Shown here: piece after piece, positions 35,881-48,550 of the stretch
Layout: the number at the start of each line of letters is the position of its first letter
Numbering within the stretch: the first letter of the stretch is position 1
Source: Lama glama
Lineage: Eukaryota
Direction of reading: 5' to 3'
Length of the DNA: 64,000 bases
Assembly (NCBI GenBank): GCA_028534125.1
Contig: CM052817.1
Coordinates: forward strand, 83,454,001-83,518,000
The notes under the pieces: generated by a model
What the model saw: only the letters and a program-made list of their open reading frames with translations
Databases searched by the model: none
What the model was told of the DNA's origin: nothing
Position numbers and translations under genes: made by a program

Positions 35881-38329
35881 CCACAGCAGATAAAATCCTA
35901 CCCATGGGACCAGCATACCAGATGGCCAGCAGGCCGTGTTTCCTTGACAGTACAAGTTGGTCTCTTTAAATGTGAGCGGATATATTCAATCAGGGGACAG
36001 TGAAGTCTGGCTTGCCTGGGGGTCATTTGGGTTTTTACAATCTGATCGTTCTTTATTGATATTAAAGTTTCCTTCCCAGAGTATAATCTGATTCCCAAAC
36101 TCCTGGAGAACACCTCACCACAGAGTCCAACTCAAGGTACATAAATGGTCAGGTGTGTGCATTTCAAGCACATATATCATTCTCTCTGTAATGTACATAA
36201 CAGCTTGTAGAGAGCAGTGATTGCTGAATATGGAAGCCAGGTAGTAGATTACAGAAATGGTCTAGCAGAGAAGTGATGAGGGTCTAACTAGGGCAATCAT
36301 GATGGGGGTGGGAAGGAGGGGCCGGAGTTACCTGAAGTCACAGTTTTTCTCCCCCACACAGAGAAATTCCCTTTTTCATTATAAGTTTGAAGCCTGAAAA
36401 TGTCTTACTCTAGCAGTAAATAAACATAATCAAAATATCACACATAGAATAGGATGGCTTTCATTTTTATATTTCAATTCAGCATTTGAGCACTGGTTTA
36501 GTATTTTTATACAAAGAAAAATGACATATTAGTGACAATATTCATTGAAGAATTTACCTGGCACCATAACTGTACAGACATCATATCATTCTTAGGATTA
36601 TAACAATGAAAACACATTCACGAAAGTGGCAGAAATAAAAATAATGATCAGATTTCTCATTATGAATGAGCCTCATGAAATAAAATTAGCCACTTCTCCA
36701 AAAATGACACTTAGTACTTGGTGCAGAGGAGCTGGAAGAGCACAGAGCATTACAGAGAAAAATCGAGCTCTTTTATGTTTATTTTCTGTCAACTGTTTTA
36801 ATTTTCCAAAGTTATTTTTCTCTTTTTTCTTTCTTATTTCTTTTTCTTAAATGTAATCTGTCAACATTGCTTATCACAATAAACATTAATTGCTTTATAT
36901 TAATAGACTGCTTAAATTAGTACCTTTAGTTCTTTTTAGGTGATAGTCCTCTCTTTTGCACTGTTTCCAACCTACTTCACAACTCTGTGTGTGTACATAT
37001 ATAGGTATACATATGCATATATATGTACATATATAATTTACAGTATGTTTTGCAGTACACCTTCTGTTATTACATAATATGGGCACATCACAAAAAAAGA
37101 CCATTTTTTTCTATGAATGTTTGTCTAGCAGCTAGGAAATGATCTTTGCAAATTTATCACTTGCTGTTGAGTTATAGAATCAATAGTAAGGTTGAGATTG
37201 CAGCAGCATTACCTAACTTCAATAGCGAAGAACTGTCTCACACGTGTGAGATGAGAATCTGATTAAACTTACAAAAGTTTTCCTTTTAGAAGTGATGTAC
37301 ATTTTTAAAATTTAGGTATCTGGTATTTTATGACTTGCTTGAGAATTACTTAAAATCTTATACCACACAGGCCTTTAAGAGTGTTTGCCTCTTACCTAAT
37401 GCCATCTGGTGTAGATCAGCTTATTATATATAGCATCATCTCCAAAGAATTCTCTATATTATTTATAAATATTATAATATGGGTTGTAATAAGTTATGAA
37501 AAAATGCAAACACATCTGGAGGTCATTTAACAAAAATCAATAAACCCTTTATGGTCTGAGCTGTTATTCATATGTTAATCTGATTGGCTCACCAAACATT
37601 TCCATTGTTTCGCTAAACATTGCTAGTTTGTCCAAACATGTCTCAGAGTCGATCAAAAGACTCAGTAGCTACATAAAGCACTAATTAAGTTTTTCAGAAC
37701 ACTATTCCTTAGAAAGCTGTAATCCTCTTACACTGGTGAATATTTGAACAATAGAAGTGTGAACATAGAAATCAGGGCAACGGAAATGTGAACACTTCAA
37801 ACTACGCAGGCAAAAGGAAACACCATGGTAGAGGATTAGAACTCTTATCATCTAGGCAGCCTGTATAAGCGAAACTACTCATTAAAGATTGCTTTGCCCA
37901 AGTTTTCTAAATCATTACTTCAAACCTCAAATCCCTTTGTCTGTACCAATGTAACTATCAGAGATTCCCATAAAAAGAGTCCCTTGCACATTTTCAAACC
38001 ACCAAAACCTCAATCACTCATATTTATAACCCTAATGGACTTACCCTTACAAAATTCCTATTGATTTCAGCAGGACACATCCATTCCCCAGAGTACAGTC
38101 AGCTTTTCTCATCTACTTTAATGAGAAAACATTCTATTAATAAAGCAGGTGGCAACCATTACAAATGTCTTATTAAATATTAAATAGTGGGGGATTTCTC
38201 TGAGCCAAGGAACATAAATAGGCAATATCCATTATGTATCCTGTACTGGCAAAGTCGCTCTTTTATAGACTCTCACCAGAATTGAGTGGTTTGACATCTC
38301 ACCCTAAAAGACAGGAAGGTCACTGTTTC

Positions 38330-38500
38330 TGAAAGCCTGCCTTGTGCCAAGCACAGTACGAGACACATTATATACATTATGATTTTACTGACAAGTAACT
38401 GAGGTTCTTACAGGTCATAATAAATTACCTACTAAAGGACACATAATTATAAAAGGTCAGACCGACTCCAAAGCCCAAGTCCTTCCCACTTTACCTCACT
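38330..38500 (-). mobile_element. MIR SINE
   Basis: tgtgccaagcacagta...gactccaaagccc. Confidence 0.6.
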
Positions 38501-39085
38501 GTGCACAACCCTAACTAGGGGTACAGAACACAAAAATGTAAAGGCATTCTAAATTAACTCATATGTCAGCCCAACTGTACAGAGAGAACATAGCTTCACT
38601 TTGAAGTTAGTATGATTTTTCTCATAAGCCCCCAACCTCTGGGTAGTAGGGGGAAAAAATCACTGGACACAAAATCTGGTTTAAACCTTAGTCCACTCTA
38701 GTAGCTTGAACTGTGTCCGCAGGTAGCCTCTAGTGGATCCTCCTCACCATACTCTCTCTGCCATAGAGCAGCAAGGCTCATGTTCTAGATGGCCAGAAAA
38801 GTGGCACTGGCTCTGCTCCACAGATAGAGTGCTTTGAATTTGTTCCTTGATATGCTAAAGGGGAAGAATACAGGATTTTAGAAAACCCTTTCTTGTCTAA
38901 TAGCCTGGCTTGCAAAACTATGGTCTTGGAGAAAATTTGAATCCAGGAGCTAAATTTCTTCACCTTCTTTCTGTCCCCACCCAAAATGGGATTCCTGGAC
39001 CAGCCAGAGCTAAGGTTACGTATTCAGAAAGGCAGAAGAGGAAAGCATGTTAATAAATTTCAAACTGATTTTGCCAATTAATGAC

Positions 39086-40033
39086 TTAATAAGAGAAAAA
39101 CAAACAACCCAATCCAAAAATGGGCAGAAGACCTAAACAAGCAATTCTCCAATGAAGAAATACAAATGATCAATAGGCACATGAAAAAAATGCTCAATAT
39201 CACTAATTATCAAAGAAATGAAAGTCAAAACTACAATGAGATATCACCTCACACCAGTCAGAAAGGCCATCATTCAAAAATCCACAAATGACAAATGCTG
39301 AACAGGCTGTGGAGAAAAGGGAACCCTCCTACACTGCTGGTGGGAATGCAGTTTGGTGCAGCCACTGTGGAAAACAGCATGGACATTCCTCAAAAGACTA
39401 GGAATAGACTTACCATATGACCCAGGAATCCTGCTCCTGGGCATATATCCAGAAGGAACCCTACTTCAAAAAGACACCTGCACCCCAATGTTCATAGCAG
39501 CACTATTTATAATAGCCAAGACATGGAGACAGCCTAAATGTCCATCAACAGATGACTGGATACAGAAGAGGTGGTATATTTACTCAATGGAATACTATTC
39601 AGCCATAAAAACTGACAACATAACGCCATTTGCAGCAACATGGATGTTCCTGGAGAATGTCATTCTAAGTGAAGTAAGCCAAAAAGAGAAAAATACCATA
39701 TGAGATCACTCATATGTGTAATAAAAAAAAAAAGAACATAAATACAAAACAGAAACAGACTCAGACATAGAATACAAACTTGTGGTTGCCAAGGGGGCAG
39801 GGGGTCAGAAGGGACAGACTGGGATTTCAAAATGTAGAATAGATAAGCAAGATTATACTGTATAGCACAGGGAAATATAGACAAGATCTTGTGGTAGCTC
39901 ACAGCAAAAGACAATGTGACAATGAATATATGTATGTTCATGTATGACTGAAAAATTATGCTCTATGTTGGAATTTGACACAACATTGTAAAATGACTAT
40001 AACTCAATAAAAAAGGTTAAAAATAATAATAAT
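39086..40033 (+). mobile_element. Young 5'-truncated L1 (ORF2 C-terminus and 3'UTR)
   Basis: ORF 39353..39703 [55 protein letters not shown] is the L1 ORF2 C-terminal domain; tail aataaaaaa; TSD-like attttgc(c/a)aat. Confidence 0.93.
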
Positions 40034-40531
40034 AATTTTGCAAATCATACAAGCATGGGTGGATGTGGCTAGTACAATAGAAACTCAATTTTGTGAAATT
40101 ATCTTTCATTTGAAAATATAAACTTTTTGTCATGAGTATATCATCATATGTACTATGGAAATAAACAGTGGATAATAACTTGTTGCATAATCTTTTAAAA
40201 AGGTTTTCCCCTTCAATTTTTAATTAAAATGTTTAACTATTAAATGAAGAATCAAGTCACAAAATAAATTACATATATATATATAATTTTCCTCACACTC
40301 CACTCCCTTGAGGTAGCAGAAGTAATGTAAGCACCCTAGTGTGTATTTTTCCACACCTGCATCCACACTTATACAAATATATAAAGACATGCAAAGATAC
40401 AAATAGGGATTTTTGTATCATTATATAAATATACACATTACTCTTCAACTTACTTTTCTCATTTAACAGTCGCTAAAACCGAATTCTTAAGTTGGTTAAA
40501 ACGAAGTCCCTCACAAATAGTAATGGGCACA

Positions 40532-41015
40532 TGTCAAGATTTCATTTGACTCATTAATGAGAAAATAAGCAGAATGACTATATTGATTCAATTTGGATAG
40601 GATAAACTTAGGCTTATATAAACCAAAAAAGGAAATGCCATAAGTAAAACTGCTAGATTAAATGTAAAATTGGACATTGCCCTACAGGGAAATATAATCA
40701 TAACCTTTGGAGTTATCTCCTTTACTATACAGGAAGAAAAAAAACATCATACCTTATTAGATTTCTACAAGTTAACCTTTAACTTTCACTGAGCTGTAAA
40801 ATGCCTGGGCCCTAAAAAGTTCTAAACATTATCAGGCCAAGTCTCTCTTCCTTGAGAGAGAGCTCGATGACCCTCACACTGGCTTGTTAGAAAATGCTAT
40901 AGCAGGATATTAAGATCATGTAATCATCTTTTTTGCCTTATTTACAAGATTTGGAAAATTCTTCCTAAACATAATAGATCATGGATATCCCTCTGGAGAT
41001 ATATATCTCCCTTCA
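40532..41015 (-). mobile_element. ERV1-type solo LTR within old L1 remnants
   Basis: Minus strand starts TGAAGGGAG and ends ...TGACA; tttgactcattaatgag motif resembles MER34-like LTR ends. Confidence 0.5.
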
Positions 41016-41764
41016 ATTCACTTTTTAATAAATGTATTATCAACCCGTAATATAAATGTTCTACAAATAAGCCAACATTCTCCCTACTGATGGACATACA
41101 GGTTTCTTCCTCAACATTCTGGCCACTACTAATAATGCTATTTTAATATCTTTGTATATATGTTCTTTCATAGTGATGTGCCTATTTCTAAGACAGAATT
41201 CCCAAAGCAGAGGCATCAAAATTTTAAATATATAGATAATTTAGTTTAATAGCTATTGCCACACTCTTTTTTATGAGTTTTGACAGTTTGGAACTTGTCC
41301 TGTGAATATTTTTTATCCTTGCTAAGTCAAAATAATCCTAACAAGATTGAAAAATCCTAACTGATACCCTTCTGTCTGTGTTATCACTCGAAAAGATAAC
41401 AAGTAAGTTCATGCCAAGAACTTAATGACAATGACTACTGAAACTATGAATCAAAAAAAATAAATAAGCATATACATCTTTATTCATTCACAGTAAGATG
41501 TTACTTTTTAAAATTTGCTTCTCTTGGTGATTCTAATTCATTATATTTGGTACTACTTGGCACTGTTGGTTTATAAATAAATAGTATGCCTTTTATTAAT
41601 CTATAATGACTACCTTGTTTCTTGTCTAGTTCAAGAAAATCCTGGAGTAATCAGTCTGTGCTCTCATTGTTTCCAGAACACGTGGATCAATGAATATGCA
41701 ATGGCAAGAAAAATGCCATATTCTTCACCAGGCTTTTAAAGTCTAATATGAAGCATTTGTTAAT

Positions 41765-41903
41765 TTTTTTTGGCAGGGGGTAGGTAATTAGGTTTATCTA
41801 TTTCTTTGATATTCCAGTGGAGGTACTGGGGATTGAACCCAGGACCTCGTGCATGCTAAGCATGTGCTCTACCACTTGGGCTATACCCTACCCACCCCTC
41901 TTT
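41765..41903 (-). mobile_element. tRNA-derived SINE (Vic-1-type) with perfect 14-bp TSD
   Basis: ggaggtactggggattgaacccaggacctcgtgcatgctaagc...gctataccc; TSD aagcatttgttaat at 41751-41764 and 41904-41917. Confidence 0.92.
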
Positions 41904-42053
41904 AAGCATTTGTTAATATAGAAATAATTAAATATGTTATCTCCTTCACTATGATTAAATCCCTTGCTATGATTAAATATGTTATAAACTGATTAAATAT
42001 ATTATGGTACATCCATATTCTGTAATACTATGCAGTCATTCCTTCACCTGTAA

Positions 42054-42096
42054 TGTGCTGATCCAGCCTTTGTGTGCTGATCCAGCCTTTGTGTGC
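42054..42096 (+). repeat. 19-bp tandem duplication (tgtgctgatccagcctttg x2)
   Basis: Read directly from the sequence. Confidence 0.85.
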
Positions 42097-42164
42097 CAGG
42101 ACTGTTTCAAACACTTGAAAATATAAAAGTACTTGAAAACACACCCAATTATAGTTGAGAGGAC

Positions 42165-42350
42165 TGAGTCTGTTTCTGTTTTGTTATGTTTATTTGTTTT
42201 GTTTTTTAGATTCCACATGTAAGTGAAATCATATAGTATTTTGTCTTTGTAGGATTTATTTCACTTAGCATAATACCCTCCAGTTTCATCCATGTTGTTG
42301 CAAATGGCAAGATTTCCTTCTTTTTCTGGCTGAATAATATTCCATTGTGG
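42165..42350 (-). mobile_element. L1 fragment (ORF2 end / 3'UTR start)
   Basis: ttagattccacatgtaagtgaaatcatatagtatt...ttcatccatgttgttgcaaatggcaagattt. Confidence 0.85.
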
Positions 42351-43041
42351 CTGATAATTATAGCGTCTTTTAGAGCCTAATTGAGAAAAATCAGGGAAGA
42401 AGAGATTGGGTCAGGGACATATGTCTTTGCAACTCTCTCCACTTAACTTCTACACTTTCTACAACCAAGCAGTTCTGTTCTCATCTATCCCTCGCCCTAA
42501 ATACGTAGCAGTAATTATTGCATTTATAAGTCTACATTTTTTTTGATTACACATTAGTTTGACCTTCAAAACTGTAATTCCTCAAGGCCAGAATTTGGGG
42601 GTTTTTTCCTACACACTCACTATGTTAAGTGGTATATTCCTTGAGCACTCACTAAATACTTGGTGATTGAACATCTGATGAGGCTAGCTCTGATTTCAAG
42701 GGATGGCTTCCAAACTGAAAAAATAAAATTTCTGCCAGCACAGTGGTAACACCCTGCCTAAATAAACAGAAGTGATTTGCATTGCTTTACTCCTATGATT
42801 TATTCTGGTTTTGATTTTTTTTAATCAGCATACCACTTCAAAAACATTGTTAGTGTGGCTCAGTGCAAATAACTCCAGTAGGAGATGGTAGCCTCCCTCT
42901 ATGAAAACCAGCCCAGCACTAAATCCTTTTTTTCCCCAGGTCCCAGTTAGATCCAAGATCAACCCAGAGTGATACAAGCCATAGATACAAGCCAAACACA
43001 ATGCCCTTCCCTCAAGAATTTTTCCTGACTGTGCTTTTTAA

Positions 43042-43374
43042 TGTTAAAAGATAAACTGAGGTGTATTAAAAATTTTTTTCTTTGAGCAAAAATCGAATCA
43101 AATCAGGCAGCACCAAACCAGAAGTGGTTAGGAGCATTCCATCAACAAGAGCTCTGGGGAGAGACTTCTACAAAGAAAAGGCAGAGGCAAAGTAAGGAAA
43201 GTATTGATTGGCTATAGCTTAAAGCCTATTTGGCTATTTGTGATTGGTTTTCTTTAGGTTTCAATTTCATAACCTTAAGGCATTTACAGGCTTAGATTTT
43301 TGTTTGTTTATATAGGCTGCCACAGCATTAAAGCCACCTCAGTCTAATGGCCTCCTTATTTAATTAATTTAACA
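43042..43374 (-). mobile_element. ERV1-type solo LTR
   Basis: Terminal inverted repeat TGTTAAA...TTTAACA, 4-bp near-TSD (ttaa/ttat), repeated ATTGG (CCAAT) boxes. Confidence 0.75.
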
Positions 43375-44004
43375 TTATCTTTGTTGTGTGGCTTTCAGAG
43401 AAGACCCCTGAATAACTGAATGGAAGGTCTAATTGTAGGGTAACTGATCAGTAGTAGTCTTGAATGACTTTTTTACAAACCCTCACCAGATTATGAGGTA
43501 TTAGTCTGTAGGTTACAATAACTTCCTCAGTTCTTATGAATATTGAATATGAGTTTGAGCGAAATTTGTCCTATGAGTAGCTTATATACTATGTTTACAA
43601 CCGTAAATCTGTACTGAGCTAATAAGGAGTGATTCTCCTCCTACTTTGCTACATGTATGATATTGTCATTTTACATTTACAGTGGGAATAATCAAGATTC
43701 AGGTATGCCTTGCAAACTGAAGAAATAATAAAGGAAAACATTAAGAAATAAAGTAGCTAAATATAGAAAGCCCACTAGATGAGAGGTGTTGAATATCCAA
43801 TAAAGATATCCATGTGGACATGTGAGCTAATTATTCTTGGCACTGTCACACTCTCATCTCTTACTTCTGACTTCCTCTACTACCTTCTCTCTTCAAGTTG
43901 ACAGAAACTATTTCCCTCTATCTAAGCTACATTTGTCCAATTTTTAGAGTGGTCAACACATACAGGAACCCAATTTAAAATCCTGGGCAGATGAATACTA
44001 TGGA

Positions 44005-44454
44005 GTAGTGCAATCCATTAGTGCCCTTTCTTCCCAAATCCTCAGTCAGGTTCTATCGCTGTGTGCCCATGACCTGACCTCCAGCTGCAACTATCTGCAA
44101 ATCTTTGCCTGAGGTCTTTCTCACACAGCAGAAGGGGAGTGCAGGGAATTAACAGCCCCTGGAAGAAGTCTCTCTCCAATGATGAATGACAATTGATGCA
44201 TAAATACCCAGTTCTTTTGCCCTTTGGGATGAGAGCACTGTGAAATGTATGTTCTACATTAGCTCTCAGTGCTCTCCGGTGGGATGAAGCTCTAGTTTTC
44301 CAAAGTGGTAACTTGCCTTTATTGGCTGCCTTCCCATCCATATTTCACATCTTCATTTCCTTACTGATGTTTACTTGGATTACCTCTCAAATAAACTAAT
44401 TGCACTCAGATCTTTGTTTCAGGGTCTGCTGCTGAGTGAACACAAATCAAGACA
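44005..44454 (+). mobile_element. LTR16-like ERVL solo LTR
   Basis: cataaatacccag...aataaactaattgcactcagatctttgtttcagggtctgct...aatcaagaca terminus. Confidence 0.8.
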
Positions 44455-44459
44455 TATGG

Positions 44460-44690
44460 CAATAATAATAGTTATCATTTGTTCAGCATATGCCATGTGA
44501 GAGACACTGTTCTAAGGGCTTTATGTATGAAGCCATTTAAATGTCACTCAGTTGGATAGGTAGTTACTATTACCATTATCCCCAGTGTACATATGGGGAA
44601 ACTGGAGCACAAAGATGTTAAATACCTATCGTTTGAACCTAGTCAGCATCAGAGCATGTGCACCTATACTGTACTGTGCTGCTCACTGCC
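44460..44690 (-). mobile_element. MIR SINE
   Basis: acactgttctaagggcttta...atggggaaactggagcacaaagatgttaaata. Confidence 0.75.
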
Positions 44691-45199
44691 TCAAATGGGC
44701 CTTTGAGGAATAAGTTAAATTAAAATGAGAAAGCAATAAAATCAGAAATCTAGAAGTCACAACAATTAATTCATAAGTTCTAAGAGACTGACAGAGGAAG
44801 AACCAGCAGACTGGCTACTTATTGAATAAGAGGTAAAGAAGAAGAGAGGAGCAAAACCTAATGCAATGACAGAGGAGGTATGTCCCCTAAATAAAACTGC
44901 AAATGTTTTGCTACTCCTCCTAAGATGTGGAGGCTCATTTCCCTCTCCCTTGAACCTGGACTGGCCTTAGTGACTTGCTTAATCAATAGAATACATGGGA
45001 AGTGCTAAGTCTAAGAAGTCTTGCAGTTCTGCCTGAGTCTTTTAGGATGCTCTTCTCTGGAAACCCTGTGCAGACCATGTAAGAAGTCTGACTAGCCTGA
45101 GGCTGCCATGCTGGAGAGTTACTCCGATTGACACTGTCAGCTGAGCACAACTTACCAGCCATCACTGAGAAGTCCCCAGCCATTTTGGACCCTCCAAAC

Positions 45200-47305
45200 C
45201 TATAGTGTACAAATCTGTCCCAGGTGCAGACAATAAAAGGGGTACATTACATGTACAGAATTTTAAAACAATAATAAAATAAACAAAAAGTTGATCTGCT
45301 TTTAATTATTAACATGAGCTACCACTTCTAAAAGATACAGTTACAAAACTTTAATACTTGAAAAAATTTTCTGCTGGCCTAATTTCTAAATTGCTACAGT
45401 TACTGTTTAGTTTTAATAATATACATGTAAACTTCAAATTAGCCTATTTATGCTACTTATCCTTTAATAAACATTGTATTCTGCATGAACATTAATGTGG
45501 AGAACTCCTAGTTATACAGTCAACCTCCAACACATCTAGGCTCAGCAAAACATGTTTATTTCAAGCTCTCTAAAAAGGGAAAAACATCAGTTCTTCACCT
45601 GTGTAGGGAAAAACCCAGTTCTTCCTTAGCGTGTGTTTCTTCCTTGTGTATCCTCTCGACTGCTTTCCAGAATACTTCACTTCTGACACTTCTGGTCAGC
45701 AAATGTGTACAGGTTTTTCCCCACAAGAAATTCTCCATACCAGCTGGGTGTTTTACAACTTAATTCTGACACTATCCACCCAGAAATAACATCAGATCCC
45801 ATGTATTAGGGGTTCAGTCCTACAAGACTGCTCCCCCAACAAACATACACACACACTTCAGATGCCAGTCACAAGCCCACATTATCACCAAGCTTCCAAC
45901 TAGCCAACTATAGATCAGAGGTCCCAGTTACCCCCTCACTGGGTTCAACTAATTTGCTAGAGTGTCTCACAGAACTCAGGGAGATGCTTGCTTACATTTA
46001 CCATTCTATTAAAGGATTTGATAAAGGATACAGATGAACAGCCAGGATGAAGAGTTGGATAAGGCAGATCTAGGAGGGTCCCAAGCACAGGAGCTTCTGT
46101 CCCTGTGGAGTTGGGTGCGTCACTCTCCTGGTGCAGATGTGTTCACCAATGTTGAAGCTCCCAAACCTTCTACTACTGGGACTTTATGAAGGCTTCCTAA
46201 CATAGGCATGATCAGTTATTAACTCCATTCTAGCCCTTCTGCCCTCTCATATGGATGGAGGGAAAAATTCTAAACCTCTTAATCATGGCTTGCTCTTTCT
46301 GCTGACTAACCCCCATCTAGGAGCCACCCAGGAGCCCGCCCAGAGTTGCCTCATTAAAACAGGAGTTACTCCTAGTTCTCTTATTACTTGGGATATTACA
46401 GGGGTTTTAGGACCCTGTGGTCAGAGATGAATCGAAGACCAAACTTTAAGACAAGTGGTGCTCCTTGTGTTATCACTCAGGAATTTATAAGGGTTTTAGG
46501 AGATCTCTGCAGGGAACTGGGGGCAGTAACATATATATTTTTTTAACTCTCTCTTTGTGGGTTTTGTAGAGTTGTGCGTTCTCCAATCCCTTGGGGACTA
46601 CATATTTCTGCATTTAGATGATAGACTCGAATAAACATTGAATGATAGCACAGTAGTTGCAAAAACAAAGAAACAGAATTTACATTCCTTCAATTCCATC
46701 ATTCTATCTGACTGTTTGGAGTTTTATTTTTATTCAAAAAATTCTGAAACTGGGAAACAAGGTGCAAATTGCAAAGTATAATATTGTTAATGTTTGGTAA
46801 ATGCAAATTTTAGTCCATACATGAAACATTGGCTGAATTTAAATAGTATCTCTATGTAAAATCTGTTCTTTTATTTTAATTGTTAATTGTTTTAAACCTA
46901 AAGAACAAATCAAGAAAATAAGGTGTTTTATCAATAGTACAATTTAGTAATTGCCTAAATTGTATCATTTTCAAACTTCTAAGCTTTTGTAAAATTCATT
47001 TATTAATTATTGGACAATTATTTACCTAAAATATTATTATATAAGACTATACCCAAAAGTTCAAGCTAGGTAAATTAGACTGAAAAGCTATTGAATAAAT
47101 AGTTGTGCTTTTTCCCTGTTTTTTTTACTGTAGTATCTGTTTTATATTCTTTTTGGAAAAAGTGGTATGATTATTTATACAAAATTCAAAAAAAGAAGTT
47201 TTCATTGTCTTTTCTTTTGTGGACTTTATTATTAGTTTGATTTCATGATATTACTGAAAATAAGAGAATACTAAAATGACCTGTTCTGTGCATCATGTGC
47301 ACAGA
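45200..47305. mobile_element. hAT-Tip100-type DNA transposon (Arthur1/Zaphod-like), itself split by an LTR
   Basis: ccaggtgcagacaataaaagggg...aaaacaataataaaa terminal motif; AT-rich body resumes after ~46550. Confidence 0.55.
45575..46545 (-). mobile_element. MER21-like ERV LTR
   Basis: attctgacactatccacc...cagatccca...ggttcagtcctacaagactgctcccc..acttcagatgccagtcacaag; ctcacagaactcagggaga. Confidence 0.8.
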
Positions 47306-48099
47306 CATGTCAGACCAGCTCAGGAAGCAGTTGAATATCACCAAGTGACCAACATGAACACCATGTATAAAAGAAGAATCAACTAGCCAAGCCCTAAGTA
47401 AATCTCAAAGTCATAAGATATAATAAGAGTCATTGTTCCCACCCACTGAGCTTTGGGGTGGCTTAAGATAATGGCAAAAGATAACTAAAATATTTACAAA
47501 GCTGAAAAAGTAGGAGGTTTGTAAGAGGCTTCACATTACATAAAGCATTTCACATGGATGTGGGTTTTTTCATGCAAAGCTTGAGTTTATTTAATTATTT
47601 AAATGTCATATATAATGCTAATAAGCAGCAGTTCTCAACTGACAAAGTTCCCTGACTGATTCTGATAAACTCACTCCCCAAACCACCACATTCCAACATC
47701 CTTGAGAACTACCGAGGTAAAGGAAAGCACTCACTAAAGATGAATTGAAATGTATCATAATCTGAGAGTTTTGAGGGATCTGGATTTAATTACTTGCACC
47801 TATCATGTGGCCAGCACTGAGACATAAGAATGGGCAAGACAAGTCCCTGTCCTCATGGAGCTTATATTCTGGTAAACTGTGATAATGAGTTTGCTTATGG
47901 ATGTATTTTATTTCAGAGATCACTGGCATATTCAAGTGGCAGTTTACAGTAGACATCCAGAAATAAAATTAACTACTAGCAGACTAAAATGAAGGTTCAG
48001 ATTGTGAAATGATGCAGATTTTGGTCTATGTTTTACTCAGTGATAACACTTAAGTGAAATTTTTAACTGTATGGCTCCTTATTAACTGAAAGTCCAACA

Positions 48100-48550
48100 T
48101 AAGCATCAGCTACACCTGGATTCAGATGCTCAAAAAATCAGAAGGTTACTCTCCTTTTCTGTCCCTTCCAGCTGCTTTTCCTAGTGTTAACTTCTTTCCC
48201 AGGTAGGCAGCAGCCATGGCTGAGGACAGCTGTTGGTTTATGGCATTCAGAGTCCACACAGTACTTGGCACAGAGTAGGCACTCAATAAGGATTTGTTAA
48301 ATGATTGAATCTCAATTACGATCCCAGATTTTAAAAAGTGGCCCTCCCTCCCCCAGCATCCATATGAAAATACCAGATAAACTCTGATTAGTCCTGTTCT
48401 GACAATGTGTCCATACCTGGGCCAATCACTATACACAAAAAGATGGGTTTTCCTAATCTGATTCATATGTAAACAGATTAGAAGTCATCACTGTAATCCT
48501 TTGGCATGGGAAAAAGGCAGTTCTTAAAAGGTAAATATACCTAGCAAACT
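48100..48550 (-). mobile_element. Old MLT1-type LTR with an L2 3' end (~48240-48310)
   Basis: ctggattcagatgctcaaa...ctctgattagtcc...gggccaatcact; cacagtacttggcacagagtaggcactcaataa (L2). Confidence 0.55.

Larger units (their letters stand above)
44880..47490 (+). mobile_element. MLT1-type LTR split by nested insertions
   Basis: 5' part cccttgaacctggactggccttagtgacttgctt (44880-45200); 3' part ccactgagctttggggtgg...gataactaaaa (47310-47490). Confidence 0.7.

Noticed and set aside
38046..38115. Minus-strand GG|GTAAGT donor with a short upstream segment
   Set aside because: Weak acceptor and stops in all frames; indistinguishable from a pseudo-exon
39353..39703. 116-aa ORF with protein-like sequence
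   Set aside because: It is the L1 ORF2 C-terminus of a 5'-truncated element, not a host gene
40995..41010. 16-bp palindrome ggagatatatatctcc
   Set aside because: TA-slippage core inside an LTR; no reason to infer function
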